Under the pieces are notes generated by a model. That model ran no database searches. It was not told the DNA's origin and worked only from the letters and a program-made list of their open reading frames with translations. Shown here piece after piece: positions 10,509-21,900 of a DNA stretch of 64,000 nt. A program made the position numbers and the translations under genes. Positions within the stretch are counted from its first letter, which is position 1. The number at the start of each line of letters is the position of its first letter. This DNA is from a virus. The DNA is taken from the IMG/VR virus record IMGVR_UViG_3300025108_000031, positions 4,282 through 68,281 of that record, one strand, 5' to 3'.

Positions 10509-10737
10509 GGCTGGATTAAACCTTAAGCGCTGGTTTAAAGAAGACTGGCAAACGGAGTCTGGTGAAAAAGATACTGGAGGAAAACGAAAGACCTTCAGAC
10601 CAACAAAAAAAATATCTTCTAATACTCCAACTACGTGGAGTGAGTTAAGCCCCTCTGAGAGAAGAGCCGCCAGAAGGAAGAAAAGAAAAGAGGGTAGAGT
10701 TGATAGATTTAAAGTGAAGAAGAAGCCTAAAAATTAA
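10489..10737 (+). CDS. Small basic phage protein (LKRWFKExW, DUF5872-like)
   Basis: LKRWFKEDW and RPTKKIS..TP motifs. Confidence 0.6.
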   Translation: MAVRKTKAGLNLKRWFKEDWQTESGEKDTGGKRKTFRPTKKISSNTPTTWSELSPSERRAARRKKRKEGRVDRFKVKKKPKN

Positions 10738-10741
10738 TTGT

Positions 10742-10749
10742 TATATTTG
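10742..10749 (+). promoter_or_regulatory. -7 element TATATTTG for the head operon
   Basis: Intergenic TAnnTTTG before the ATG at 10770. Confidence 0.7.
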
Positions 10750-10769
10750 CATTTATATAAACAACAATA

Positions 10770-11171
10770 ATGGCTACAACAACCGCAACAATTACACTCT
10801 CTAGCGCTGACCTCACGGGCGATGCTTTGTCCCTAAATACTACAGCTACTTTAACTAAGGCTGGGGTAACTACTGGACTAGATCAAACCACTGGGGTAGC
10901 TCGGAAGTTTTACGCTAGTGCATCGACTGCCGCAAAGTTGATCGATGCTGCTGACTATACAGACTCTAAAGCTCACAAGGTTTACATTAAGAATACCTCA
11001 ACCACTGCTGCTGAATTCATTACCATTGAGTTGGGTGCATCTAACTTAAACTTGGGTAGTCTTTATGCTGGCGATTGGGCTTTCTTCCCATGGGATGGAT
11101 CAAACGATATTGATATTGATACCAGCTCTGTCAACATGACTGTTGAGTACATGGTAATCTTTGAAGCATAA
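10770..11171 (+). CDS. Putative capsid accessory/decoration protein
   Basis: Beta-rich, next to scaffold and capsid genes, paralogous to the next ORF. Confidence 0.55.
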   Translation: MATTTATITLSSADLTGDALSLNTTATLTKAGVTTGLDQTTGVARKFYASASTAAKLIDAADYTDSKAHKVYIKNTSTTAAEFITIELGASNLNLGSLYAGDWAFFPWDGSNDIDIDTSSVNMTVEYMVIFEA

Positions 11172-11575
11172 TGGCAACTATTAGAGTCTCTTTAGGCTTA
11201 AGTAGTGCTGATGTAATGAGCAGCGCTTTGAATCTTTCTACTTCAATCAACCTTGAGGCTGATGCGGGTAGTATGATTAGAGCTAAGGTGGCGCAAACTT
11301 CCGTTAACGCTAGTGCTCTTGTTGTCTATAAAGCAGATGACAAGCTCACATCAGCGTATATGTATGTTCAGAACCTTGATTCTGAGCAAGAAAACTTTAT
11401 CTATATCTACCAAGATTCAGATAACGATGATCTCGTAGCTAAGATTGGAGGAGGTGAATTTGCTTTTATCCCTGTTGCGGTGGATAAAACGTTCAAGTGC
11501 TACGCCACGAAAGTTGATACTATGGTCGAGTATGGGGTATTCGGATTGGATAGCTCAGCTGTGACTTTGGCATAA
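11171..11575 (+). CDS. Putative capsid accessory protein, paralog
   Basis: Shares MAT..LSSAD..L and G(D/E)xAFxP motifs with the previous ORF. Confidence 0.55.
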   Translation: MATIRVSLGLSSADVMSSALNLSTSINLEADAGSMIRAKVAQTSVNASALVVYKADDKLTSAYMYVQNLDSEQENFIYIYQDSDNDDLVAKIGGGEFAFIPVAVDKTFKCYATKVDTMVEYGVFGLDSSAVTLA

Positions 11576-11593
11576 AAACATAATTTAATTTTA

Positions 11594-12700
11594 ATGGAAA
11601 ACGAATTTGAAGGAATCGGTAAGATTGAAACCTTTGACTCACCAGAAGCTGTAATGGCTTCTATGGAGCCTGAGGCTACCGAGCAACCTGTAGAGCAGGC
11701 TGCGCAAGAACAGACTATTCAAGAAACGGTTACACAACCTGCTGTTGAGGAGCCTGTACAAGAGAATACAGAACAACCAGTTGAGGCTGAACAGCAAGAG
11801 ATCGCTGAGCCATCAACTACATCAGAGCCTTCACCACAGGAAGTCGAGTCTGCAGTAATGGATTTCTTAAGCCAAAAGCTTGGGAGAGAAGTCAGTAGCA
11901 TTGACGAACTTATGGAGGCTCAACAATCTGAGGCACCAGCCTTGGATGAAAGAATCAGCGCTATCGCTAAGTTCGTTGAAGAAACGGGCAGAGCGCCAGA
12001 AGATTGGTTCAGGTATCAGTCGTTGAATCCTGAAGGTATGGATGACATGACAGCCATTCAAATTGAAATGGCTAATAACTACCCGAACCTTTCTTATGAA
12101 GAGTTGGGACTTTTAATTGGGAGTAAGTACAAGAATAATCCAGATGTCCATACGGATGACGAGGTTAGGCTTGCGCAACTCCAAATGAAGATAGATGGCG
12201 ATAAGGCCAGATCTGAAATCAATAGGATGAGAGACAGCTACTCTGCTCCTAAGGATGAAGAATCAGCCCCACAGCAGGAGTCTATAATCACAGACGATTG
12301 GATTAATCAAATGTCATCAGAGGTTGATGCACTCACAGGTCTAGAGTTTGACCTAGGAGAAGACAAGACCTTTGAGTTTGGACTGGATGATCAATACAAA
12401 AGTCAACTCAAGTCAAAGAATGCTCGTCTCGATGAGTACTTCGATGATTATATTAATCAGGATGGTTCCTGGGATTACGATAAGCTGTCCTCTCACAGAG
12501 CGGTAGTAGATAACGTTGACAAAATTGTTAAAGCTGCGTACACACGCGGACTTGGTGATGGTCAAAAGAATCTGTTAAATACAGCAGCTAACGTAACTAC
12601 AGAAACCCCTAAACAAAACACAAACACATCTCAAGGCAACACGCTCTCTGATCAACTAAAACAAGCATACGGTCAGCAGAACGGCTTTGGGTTCGTTTAA
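11594..12700 (+). CDS. Putative capsid scaffolding protein
   Basis: Acidic E/Q/P-rich N-terminus, helical core, directly upstream of the capsid gene. Confidence 0.65.
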   Translation: MENEFEGIGKIETFDSPEAVMASMEPEATEQPVEQAAQEQTIQETVTQPAVEEPVQENTEQPVEAEQQEIAEPSTTSEPSPQEVESAVMDFLSQKLGREVSSIDELMEAQQSEAPALDERISAIAKFVEETGRAPEDWFRYQSLNPEGMDDMTAIQIEMANNYPNLSYEELGLLIGSKYKNNPDVHTDDEVRLAQLQMKIDGDKARSEINRMRDSYSAPKDEESAPQQESIITDDWINQMSSEVDALTGLEFDLGEDKTFEFGLDDQYKSQLKSKNARLDEYFDDYINQDGSWDYDKLSSHRAVVDNVDKIVKAAYTRGLGDGQKNLLNTAANVTTETPKQNTNTSQGNTLSDQLKQAYGQQNGFGFV

Positions 12701-12719
12701 ACTTTTAAAATAAGAAAAT

Positions 12720-14069
12720 ATGGCTGCTACAGGACAAGCTTTAGGGAATGGAAGTAATAAAGTTCCAGGACTAAAACAAACACCAGACAACTACGTTGCT
12801 CTAGGTGAATTGCTGGAATATAACAAACCAGACAATATGGATCTCTACGTTAAGACGTTTGGAGATCAAGGCATTACAGGATTCTTGGAATTGACTGGTG
12901 CAAAGAAGAACGCTGGAACTTCTGATCAAATCCAGTACTGGGAGGAGGGTCGTTTGCACAAAGCCTTCACTGCTACAGTTGGGACGACAGCGACTGCTTA
13001 CGGCGCTTTAGACATGACTGTTGCCTCTGGAGCAGGAGCAAGAGCTAATGATGTACTCTTGAGTCAAGAGACTGGCGATGTACTCTTGGTGGAGGAAAGC
13101 CTCGGAGCTACAACTATGTCCGTTCGCTCACTGGCAGGTGTTACTTTGCTGCAGGCTACTGGTGGCACTGATCATTTTTCTGTGATAGGTAACATTGCTG
13201 CGCAGGGCGCTTCTCAGCCAGATGATTTCTACCAAACAGAGATCAACAAGAGAACTCAGGACTTCATCATTGCAAGAGAGACATTCCATGTGAATGGATC
13301 ACAGGCATCTAACGTAGGTTGGATCAATACTGGTAATGGTGATTACAGATGGTACTTGAAGGGTGAGAATGATACTCGTAAGAGATTCATGGATCAGCGT
13401 GAGATGCTCATGCTCTTTGGTGAGCGTCAAGCAGGAACTGCTACAGGAAATGACGGTATCGTAGGTACTGAGGGTTACTTCTCTGCTTTGAGTGACAGAG
13501 GTATCGTTTCAGCGGGCTTTGGCGTCTCTGCAACACTTGCAGAGATTGATGATATCATCCTTGAGCTTGACGCGCAGGGGGCTCCTTCTGAGTACGCTAT
13601 GTACTTGAATAGAGCTGCTTCTTTAAATATTGATGATATCTTAGCTGCTGGTGTTGGAGACACCATCACTGGTGGTTTGGCATCTCAATTCGGTGCATTC
13701 AATAACTCTCAGGATATGGCTGTGAACCTTGGCTTTAAGTCATTCACTCGTGGCGGTTATACCTTCCACAAGCATGACTGGAAGCTATTGAATGATCCTA
13801 CCCTGGCTGGTTCTCTCAATAACGCTGCAGGTGGTGGTTTCTACAAAGGAGCTATGGTTCCAATGACGCAAGTTGCTGATGCAAGAACAGGCGAAAGAGC
13901 CCCATCATTGCAGATGTACTACAAGCAAGATCGTGAAATGAACCACTGGGTCGAAGGTGGTGATGTACTCGGATTCAAAACGAATAACCAAGACGTCGCT
14001 AAGTTCCACTACAGATCAGAGTGTGCGTTGGTGACTCGCGGTGCTAACCAGCACGTATTGCTCACGTAA
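12720..14069 (+). CDS. Major capsid protein
   Basis: 449 aa; WxExGRLH, GTEGxF and LGFxxFxRGGYxFHKxDWKxLND motifs typical of Bacteroidota phage capsids; strong terminator follows. Confidence 0.8.
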   Translation: MAATGQALGNGSNKVPGLKQTPDNYVALGELLEYNKPDNMDLYVKTFGDQGITGFLELTGAKKNAGTSDQIQYWEEGRLHKAFTATVGTTATAYGALDMTVASGAGARANDVLLSQETGDVLLVEESLGATTMSVRSLAGVTLLQATGGTDHFSVIGNIAAQGASQPDDFYQTEINKRTQDFIIARETFHVNGSQASNVGWINTGNGDYRWYLKGENDTRKRFMDQREMLMLFGERQAGTATGNDGIVGTEGYFSALSDRGIVSAGFGVSATLAEIDDIILELDAQGAPSEYAMYLNRAASLNIDDILAAGVGDTITGGLASQFGAFNNSQDMAVNLGFKSFTRGGYTFHKHDWKLLNDPTLAGSLNNAAGGGFYKGAMVPMTQVADARTGERAPSLQMYYKQDREMNHWVEGGDVLGFKTNNQDVAKFHYRSECALVTRGANQHVLLT

Positions 14070-14085
14070 TAAATTAGAAGGTAAT

Positions 14086-14114
14086 GGGCGGGGGCTTCGG
14101 CCCCTGCCTCTTTA
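14086..14114 (+). terminator. Intrinsic terminator
   Basis: gggcgggggc-ttcg-gcccctgcct followed by a T run. Confidence 0.85.
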
Positions 14115-14136
14115 CTATAACGTAAAAACATAAACC

Positions 14137-14574
14137 ATGCCCAGAATAGCACCAAGAATCCAAAATTTCTCCTCCTTTTTCTTAGGTGGCGATCCATACT
14201 CTTACGCAAGCGTCGGAGCTAATGACTCAATTACTCTTCCATTAAAAACTAGCTTTTTTCTTATTTCTAATGAAGAACAGTCATCTATTGGAGCTCCAAA
14301 TGATCCAAACTTCGTCGCTGAAGTTAACGGAAACCTAAAGGTTAACATTCCAAATGCTAAAACCTTAGGCACGGAGATTATACTTTATTTGCAAGGTGCT
14401 GATGGAGACAATCAAATTCTGGTGAGCTTTACAGGATTAGATGCTAATTCAGATGAATTCTCATTGACAACTAGTACATCAAGAGATTTTCCTGTCGTAT
14501 TAAATCTTGTATGGATGGGAACTGCATGGGTTCTTAGAAACGGAGGTTCGATTGTTAGTGCAACCGTTTCCTGA
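14137..14574 (+). CDS. Hypothetical, probably structural, protein
   Basis: 145 aa ORF within the structural module. Confidence 0.6.
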   Translation: MPRIAPRIQNFSSFFLGGDPYSYASVGANDSITLPLKTSFFLISNEEQSSIGAPNDPNFVAEVNGNLKVNIPNAKTLGTEIILYLQGADGDNQILVSFTGLDANSDEFSLTTSTSRDFPVVLNLVWMGTAWVLRNGGSIVSATVS

Positions 14575-14604
14575 TTTTATTTATTTTTTTAATTTTATTT
14601 AATT

Positions 14605-15399
14605 ATGGCACAATTACAACAAGCCAAAAAGCGTGGGCGTCCCGCCAAATCAAAGTCTATCTTAATCGAGGGTATGAAGCCCCCCGTCCCAACAGGAAAG
14701 TCCATTAAGAGGTGGATTGCCCCTAAGGGTGGTAATGTTCTTATGTTGAATCAAAGCGATACAACAGTATTTGACGAAGAGTCTAATCGGGTAAGAGCAA
14801 TAAGGTACTGCGCATCGGAGAACTCAGTATTCAAGGATGAGCAATCAGAATTTGCTACTAAATCGCCAATCGTATTCAGGGATAAGAATCTATTCGTAAA
14901 GCCCGAACAGCCTAACCTTCAGAGGTTCCTTGAGTTAAGCCCTCATAATATGGCTAACGGAGGCTCTAAGTTTTACATGGAGGACAACTCAGGTAAGATC
15001 GAAAAAACGGTAGATGATGAGTTCTTGGTTCATGATGCTGTTACATTGCTCAGGTCTAAGGATCTAGATGAGCTAATGGCCGTAGCTATATCATTCTCTA
15101 TTGATACTGATCGTCCAGCCAGTGAGATTAAGCACGACCTTTTGCTAAAGGCTAAAGCTTCACCACAGACTTTTATCGATTCATTCGATAATCCAGTAGT
15201 CACTATGAAGGCTAAGCTTAGACAGGCTGAAAAGATGCAAATCATAAAGCTATCCGAGGATGCCATCAGATGGTATGATACAAATAAAGTAATCATAGTA
15301 GTACCTATAGGTAAAGATCCGATGGATATATTTGTCAGGTACTGTTTAACAGAGGCAGCTTCGCCAGTCCTAGCGCAAATCGAAAAAGAAATCGCATAA
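14605..15399 (+). CDS. Conserved hypothetical protein downstream of the capsid gene
   Basis: 264 aa ORF with RxIRY..NExSxF motif and its own terminator. Confidence 0.65.
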   Translation: MAQLQQAKKRGRPAKSKSILIEGMKPPVPTGKSIKRWIAPKGGNVLMLNQSDTTVFDEESNRVRAIRYCASENSVFKDEQSEFATKSPIVFRDKNLFVKPEQPNLQRFLELSPHNMANGGSKFYMEDNSGKIEKTVDDEFLVHDAVTLLRSKDLDELMAVAISFSIDTDRPASEIKHDLLLKAKASPQTFIDSFDNPVVTMKAKLRQAEKMQIIKLSEDAIRWYDTNKVIIVVPIGKDPMDIFVRYCLTEAASPVLAQIEKEIA

Positions 15400-15401
15400 A
15401 G

Positions 15402-15428
15402 AAAGGCCACCTTCGGGTGGCTTTTTTG
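15402..15428 (+). terminator. Intrinsic terminator
   Basis: aaggccacc-ttcg-ggtggc hairpin followed by a T run. Confidence 0.85.
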
Positions 15429-15433
15429 TTTTG

Positions 15434-15441
15434 TATATTTG
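15434..15441 (+). promoter_or_regulatory. -7 element TATATTTG, probably leaderless
   Basis: ATG at 15445. Confidence 0.7.
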
Positions 15442-15444
15442 CGT

Positions 15445-17391
15445 ATGGCTCAAAAGTTTTTCTTATTCAAGCGCGAAGAACCTGCTCTGCGTGGAGGTGC
15501 AGTATTTTCTGATAACGGAAAGGGTATTAGCGTTATATCCCTACCAGCAAATAATCTAGCTTATATGGCTGCGGACAGAGGTGCTTTAATAATGTACTTC
15601 AATAACTCCGCCCCCTTTGAAGAGAACAGCCTAACGCTTGCTGGAGAGTCATTTGAGAAGACTAGCATTACAGTTACTTGTGAGGTAGGTAAAGAAACCG
15701 ACCTTATGGAGAATATCATTAGCTTCATAAATAAGAATACAGTAACTGACGTCATGAAGTTTGACGCTATAGGAGGTGAGAACACATTCAGGACTATAAC
15801 CCCATCACCTAACATTGACACAAGGGTAAGGGCTCGTCCAGTAGAGCGTGGATTGGTAGGGACTGAGGCTATCGTTAGTGGCCTTGATGCTAACGCAATA
15901 GTTAATGGCATTGATTTTTTAAAGGTTGAAAACAAACCCTTCGTTGATTACGGAGGTGAAAACATAACAGCTAAAGATGGTCACGTTATAACTACACTTG
16001 TTAACTCAGGTGTCGGTGGAAACGACTACGATCTAGTTAATGATGGCCCTATATGTAGAAACCCAGATACTGCTTGTAATTCTAAAACTATATCCTTTGA
16101 TAAGAATGGTGAGCTAAAAACTAATGTATCTTTTTCTGGAACAGTTGTAGCGGCTACTTTACCTTCATCGCTTTCTAACTCACAAGTAGCTGATTATAAG
16201 AGGTTTAAGACTGATCACGTCATAACATCTGCTATTAGCGTCACCAGTGGAAGCTTGGTTTCTTTTACTGGCAACAGCTCGAAATCAGGTACGGTAGTGA
16301 TAACTAGGGGTGGTGTTGATGTAACCCCTTCGTCTAATCCCCTCATACCTACTTTTGATGACATTGAATCTGATGGAGCTACTATAACCCAATGCAGGGT
16401 AAACAACACTGGAAATAATTTATTTATTGGTGACGTTGTAAGTTTCGATCTTCAAAATCACACCAGTATAAACATCTCTTTTACAGTTGCTTCTGATGAT
16501 ATAGTCGATAGTATTCAAGCTATTTTAAGGGATTCAGTCAGCCTTAATCAAAGTGCCCAAGACGATTTAGGATTAGTGATACCTAAGTTCACTGTATCCA
16601 CTAATGGGTCTGGTAATCTCACTAGTTTTAAGACATTCACTAGGTCATCTAATTTGTTGGCGGGTGATGTCATTTACGTTTCCGTTCACGACCCAAATAA
16701 CCCAGCAACGGCTCATGGGCTTATCATATACACAGTATCTCAGGATGATATAGCTACTGAGTTTAGTAGATCTGTAATGCAGATAGTCGAAAGAATCGGA
16801 AGCAATATACCACAGGACCCTACATTCCCTTATACAGATTACGTAACCTACATGACCCTGGTGATACCTCCAGGCACTTTAATGAAGCCGCTACACGCTA
16901 GTAAGTATAACGGTGTTCCGCTTGCATCCCCTACATTTGTTTCAAACATGGGGCCATTCCCATATGACTCTTTGGGTAATGAGTTTGAGGTTAATCATGG
17001 CGTTTTTTCTGATATTTCATCTAGCCATCCACAATCAAGCTCCTTTGAAGCTTTATTTAGTAGCTTCCCATTTGTTCAGAACACTCAGCAAGAAATAACT
17101 AGCGAGGAGAATCTGTATACTTTTGTCGTTAGAAGGACAATCAACAGAGATTTGTTTATATACTCTAAGGATGGCGAGTTAGTTGCTTCAAGAAAATCTA
17201 GTATTGACGAAGAAGACACTCAGCTTGATGTTAGATATTTAGGTATGGTTCTTCCGTTCAATACGAACGAAGGTTTAATTAGAATAGCCAGGTTTGGTGT
17301 GGTAGGAAAAGACTTAGGTGATCTCACCTGCAGGAACTTAGCCACTCAGCTTTACAATAGATACAAGCATAAAGCAGCAAATTTGGCCTGA
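15445..17391 (+). CDS. Putative virion structural protein
   Basis: About 648 aa, S/T/V-rich, within the structural module. Confidence 0.6.
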   Translation: MAQKFFLFKREEPALRGGAVFSDNGKGISVISLPANNLAYMAADRGALIMYFNNSAPFEENSLTLAGESFEKTSITVTCEVGKETDLMENIISFINKNTVTDVMKFDAIGGENTFRTITPSPNIDTRVRARPVERGLVGTEAIVSGLDANAIVNGIDFLKVENKPFVDYGGENITAKDGHVITTLVNSGVGGNDYDLVNDGPICRNPDTACNSKTISFDKNGELKTNVSFSGTVVAATLPSSLSNSQVADYKRFKTDHVITSAISVTSGSLVSFTGNSSKSGTVVITRGGVDVTPSSNPLIPTFDDIESDGATITQCRVNNTGNNLFIGDVVSFDLQNHTSINISFTVASDDIVDSIQAILRDSVSLNQSAQDDLGLVIPKFTVSTNGSGNLTSFKTFTRSSNLLAGDVIYVSVHDPNNPATAHGLIIYTVSQDDIATEFSRSVMQIVERIGSNIPQDPTFPYTDYVTYMTLVIPPGTLMKPLHASKYNGVPLASPTFVSNMGPFPYDSLGNEFEVNHGVFSDISSSHPQSSSFEALFSSFPFVQNTQQEITSEENLYTFVVRRTINRDLFIYSKDGELVASRKSSIDEEDTQLDVRYLGMVLPFNTNEGLIRIARFGVVGKDLGDLTCRNLATQLYNRYKHKAANLA

Positions 17392-17403
17392 TTTTGTTTT
17401 TCG

Positions 17404-17411
17404 TATATTTG
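17404..17411 (+). promoter_or_regulatory. -7 element TATATTTG, probably leaderless
   Basis: ATG at 17416. Confidence 0.7.
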
Positions 17412-17415
17412 CCTC

Positions 17416-18204
17416 ATGGTCAGCGTGTATCAAGTATATCAGTCCTTAAAGGATTTAGCCAATAAAGAGCAAAAGGGTTTTATAACACCCCAAGTATTTA
17501 ACAACTTCTCTGCTTTAGCTCAGTTGAACATCTATAATGAAATGTTCTCAGAGCTGTCTAGCGCTAAGCGACTGGCTCGTCAGAATTTCGATCCTGGAAG
17601 AGATAAGTCAATTAGAAAGCAGCGTCTTGAGGATTTATCTTTCTATATCAAAAGAACGGAAATTAGTGCTGCTGAAAATGATAATGAAGCGTTCGGGACT
17701 AGCGGTACATTAGTTGTTATACCTAAGCCAGATGATATGTCTAAATTGATTAGCATCATGGCGGATAGCAATGTCAGCTCTGAATCAGGAGAAGGAGAAG
17801 ATTTTGTACAATGTCAGTTGGTTTATGAACCTGAGAAAATTAATTACTTGCTATCAAGCAATCTATCGAAGCCTACTGTAAATTTTCCAGTAGCTCTTGT
17901 AGGCAGAAGTCAAATAGAGGTGTTTCCTGATAATCTTGATTACGTGGAAATTACTTACTACTCGAAGCCAGGGTCAATAACAAATAATGAAACAGTAAGT
18001 ACTTTACCTCCTGTTTATGCTTTCAACTCTATTGAGTTTGGAGGGAACGAACAAGACTTTTTTGATTCTACCAACTCAAGGGATTTTCACTTGCCACCTC
18101 ACTACCTCACTGAAGTAGTAATGGAAATGGCAAAGCTTATAGGTATCAGGCTCAGAGATCCTAACATAACAGCATTTGCAACACAAGAAGAAGCATCTGA
18201 ATAA
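17416..18204 (+). CDS. Head-tail adaptor / tail ring protein
   Basis: VYQ..LANKEQKGFITPQxFN motif and gene position. Confidence 0.6.
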   Translation: MVSVYQVYQSLKDLANKEQKGFITPQVFNNFSALAQLNIYNEMFSELSSAKRLARQNFDPGRDKSIRKQRLEDLSFYIKRTEISAAENDNEAFGTSGTLVVIPKPDDMSKLISIMADSNVSSESGEGEDFVQCQLVYEPEKINYLLSSNLSKPTVNFPVALVGRSQIEVFPDNLDYVEITYYSKPGSITNNETVSTLPPVYAFNSIEFGGNEQDFFDSTNSRDFHLPPHYLTEVVMEMAKLIGIRLRDPNITAFATQEEASE

Positions 18205-18977
18205 TGAGTCAAAATAAAGTAAAACTTTCGGAGGTAATTAGTGACTTCATAGTAACGCTGGATAGCGATGATTATGCTAGCAATGCTTCTGATATAGCTA
18301 TAAAAAACTTTGCCTTAAGGGGAATTAGAGAAATTGGATTTGATTTAGGTAAGAAAATTAGATCATTAAAGCTGTCTGTTAATGCTGAGAACAGCACTGT
18401 TACTCTACCAGCGGATTTTGTTGATATGGTAAAGATTGGCGTTGTGGGGTCTGACGGGGTTGTCAGGGTTTTCGGTGAGAATAAACACATCAACTACTCT
18501 CAGGTCATAACAGACAGCACCAGAACAGATTCTAAATCATCTACCACAGGGAATGATGGTGATAGTGGTAGTGAGTATCCTTACGTATTTGAGAATTACT
18601 TGTATCAAGGCGGACTAGGTAGGCTGTATGGTGTGGGGGGAGGCAACTTGGCTGGAGGGTATCGTATAAACCTAGATCAGAACAGAATTGAGATAGACAC
18701 TAATAGTGGTCAGTCTCAAGTTGTTATGGAGTATATAGCTGATGAAGCTAGATCTGATGATCCTGAAGTTCATGTGTACGCAGAAGAAGCCCTGAGGTCT
18801 TATATGTATTACAGGATAGTTGAACGAAAATCTACTGTACCAGCTGCTGAAAAGTCTAGAGCTCGTCAGGAATATTATAACGAAAGAAGGAAGGCAAACG
18901 CCAGGATGAGCAACTTCACGAAGGAAGAAGCTCTAAAGACTATCCGTAAGAACTTTAAGCAGGCACCTAAGTACTAA
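18204..18977 (+). CDS. Tail ring / tubular protein
   Basis: TLPxDFVD and YAEEALRSY..Y motifs; precedes the stabilisation protein. Confidence 0.6.
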   Translation: MSQNKVKLSEVISDFIVTLDSDDYASNASDIAIKNFALRGIREIGFDLGKKIRSLKLSVNAENSTVTLPADFVDMVKIGVVGSDGVVRVFGENKHINYSQVITDSTRTDSKSSTTGNDGDSGSEYPYVFENYLYQGGLGRLYGVGGGNLAGGYRINLDQNRIEIDTNSGQSQVVMEYIADEARSDDPEVHVYAEEALRSYMYYRIVERKSTVPAAEKSRARQEYYNERRKANARMSNFTKEEALKTIRKNFKQAPKY

Positions 18978-21900
18978 TGCCGATAGATAAGATTATACCC
19001 AGGAAGCTTAACACAGATATTGATGGTAAGCTAATTGATAAGTCGTCTATGATTGACGCTTTAAACCTTTACTCAAGCTCAGACGAAGGGGGAAACATAG
19101 GTGTGCTAAAGAATATAAAGGGCAACACAGAGATTAATCAGTCCACACCTTTTGGCGCTGAATCTCGTGTTCTCGGAAGTGTAATAGATCAGAAAACAAA
19201 TATCTGTTACTTCTTTGTGTCATCTAGTACAGGTAGCGATCATGGTATATGGGCATACGACCCAGAGGATAAACTTTCAGGACAGAGGGATCAGCCCTAT
19301 GTGAGGTTGATATACAAGAGTAAGCAGTTTAACTTTCCATCTAATGGTTTTGTGAAGGGTGATGTTGTTCACATAAACAAGCAGACATTTCCTGACACCC
19401 ATGGAGATGAGTTTGACAAAGATGCTGTTATATTCTTCACGGATAATAAGAATGAGCCAAGAAAGATAAATGCTTACCGAGCTTATGAAGCTCAAGAAAA
19501 TATCTACGGCAACTCCTATGCAGAGGCTGACTTTATAACGGCATGCCCTAAGGTTCCTCTTGACCCTATATCTTTTTCCTTCACTAAGGATAATAATAGA
19601 AAGGTTAGTAATTTTAAAGGTACTTCTGGATTTCAGTTTGCTTACCAGCATATATATATAGATGGATTTGAATCTGCTGTATCGGTATATTCTGATGTTG
19701 CATTTCCCCCCTCAGTAATACAGCAAGGTGCGCTAACTTATGGTAGCCACGATAGTTACAACCTTTGTAATCTTATCATACCTAAGCCAGGTCCAGAGAT
19801 AGAATTCATCAAGATATTAGCTAGAGAGGGAGAAGGCTCTTCTTTTTTGGAAATTGAGGAGATAAAACGCTCTGATTTGTTTGGGGTTAACGATCAGTAT
19901 GTAGGGGTTTACCCATTTTACAATGATAAGCTGGCAAGAGCTTTTCCTGAATCAGACATAGACAAACAGTTCGACTCTGTACCTAGGAAAGCGAAGGCTC
20001 AGACCGTTGCAGAGAATAGGTTGATGTATGGGAATTACTTTGACGGATTTGATTCCGTTAATGTAGAGTGTCAGGGTCAAGTTATATACAGACAAAGACC
20101 TCTGGATGGTGTAGACTTTACGGTTAGTTCTAATAGCTTTATCGGAGTTCATGAAGAACAGCTTAATGGATCTTCAGGCGCAAAGCGTAAGTCTGTTGGT
20201 TTCACGATAGATACTTCATCGCTTCCAGACTCAGTACCTCCTGGTGCTGGCATATCGATAAATATCAATATGACTCCCGACAGGAATTGGCACATATACA
20301 ACTCTGATAATTCCTACCATCAATCTGCTTTGATTGGGGAATATGATCAGTCCCTTTCGTCAAGCTACAATTACAATGAATTCAATAATAACTCCGCTAA
20401 CTACAGCGAGCAAAGCGCTAATGACTCAGGGGCCTCTTATTTACGCGGGGTTAATAACGCAGAAAAAGTACTTCTTTTCTCTGGAGAGAATGAGGGAATA
20501 GTTGATGAAAATAGCTCTGGTCTTAGGTGGAAGAAAAAGTACAACGCTTCCTCAGGCCAGTCAGCAAACGAAACTTTATTCGCTAGAATCGGTACAAGTG
20601 CTGCTAATCCGATAATACTTAGGGGGGGATCGCTGGTCTTTAATGTAGGGTTTACTCTCTCCCAGGGGGTATCTTCTGGTTTTGACGGAATCACAGCCAC
20701 AACCATAAAAGAAATAATTACAGGTCTTGAGTATTCGGAGCTCACGTACAAGGATTTTATATTAGAGGAGTCCATAGTACAGGACACAACATCTACTCTA
20801 AACCATAATCTACCGATATCAAATCATACAATTATACCTCAAGCCTACATAGGTCAGACAAATACTGCGCCTGATTTATCTCGCATGATAATGGCTGTGT
20901 TACAGGGTGGGGCTGGTTTCGATGTAGATAAAGCTCCTATTGGCTACGTCATATTTAAAGAAGCTACAGCTAAGTTTGGAATTTCATCATTTGATGATTC
21001 CGATACAAACATTGAGAGCTCAACTAAGAAGGGATTCAGGCTTTCTCTATTGAGTTTGACTGACGTAAAGCCAATGAGCTGCTATAAGAACCTACTAAGG
21101 AGTAGTAGCGCAGTTCAGGGTGTTCCTGCAGGTTCAATCCCTTTCTTAAATACTTGGGGGGTAATAGATCCTTCAGTGGAGTTTATGAATGAAGATGGGA
21201 CCGTCATCGATTTTAATTTAGACGATCATATGTCTTATTATGGTGGTGATTTTACGGCTGCCACTTTAAACATAGATGAATCGACATCAGACTCTAATTT
21301 TTTATTGGCTCCTGGAGCTGGGTACAAAAATATCATAGGCTATTTAACTGAAAATGGTCCAACAAAAATTGACATCCTTACTGAGGGTGATGAAAACTCA
21401 GGGGGTGTTGCTTGCATATTTGATGGTAAGGGAGGTCCAGGGGGCGGTCCTTCAAGGGATAGTGTAAGTGGAAACTCATATGATGATTACAGATTAGATC
21501 AACAAGGATCAATACCTTTTTGCACTCCATTTGTTAAAGATATAAACACCTTAAAATCAACTATACACGCCATATCTTCGTGGGGCTCTCTCAATCAAGG
21601 CGACTGGAATACTCAGATTTCACATTCTGTTTCACCTATGTTTAGCGGAAGAATAGGACTTACCTCTTACAGCAGCTTTCCGTTAGGATCAATACCTGGG
21701 GGCAACGATTTCCGACCTACGGTTTTACCCTTGCTTCAAAACGCACGTCCTATAAACGTTTACGAAATTGATGATAACACTGTAGGTTCAATATCCTACC
21801 CAGTTCCTTTTGAACACGATGATCTTCCAGGGGCTTTAAGTCCATTTAGCGTTAACTTTTCTCTCCTTCAGTTTCTTGCTCCATCCTTTCTGAATGTTTC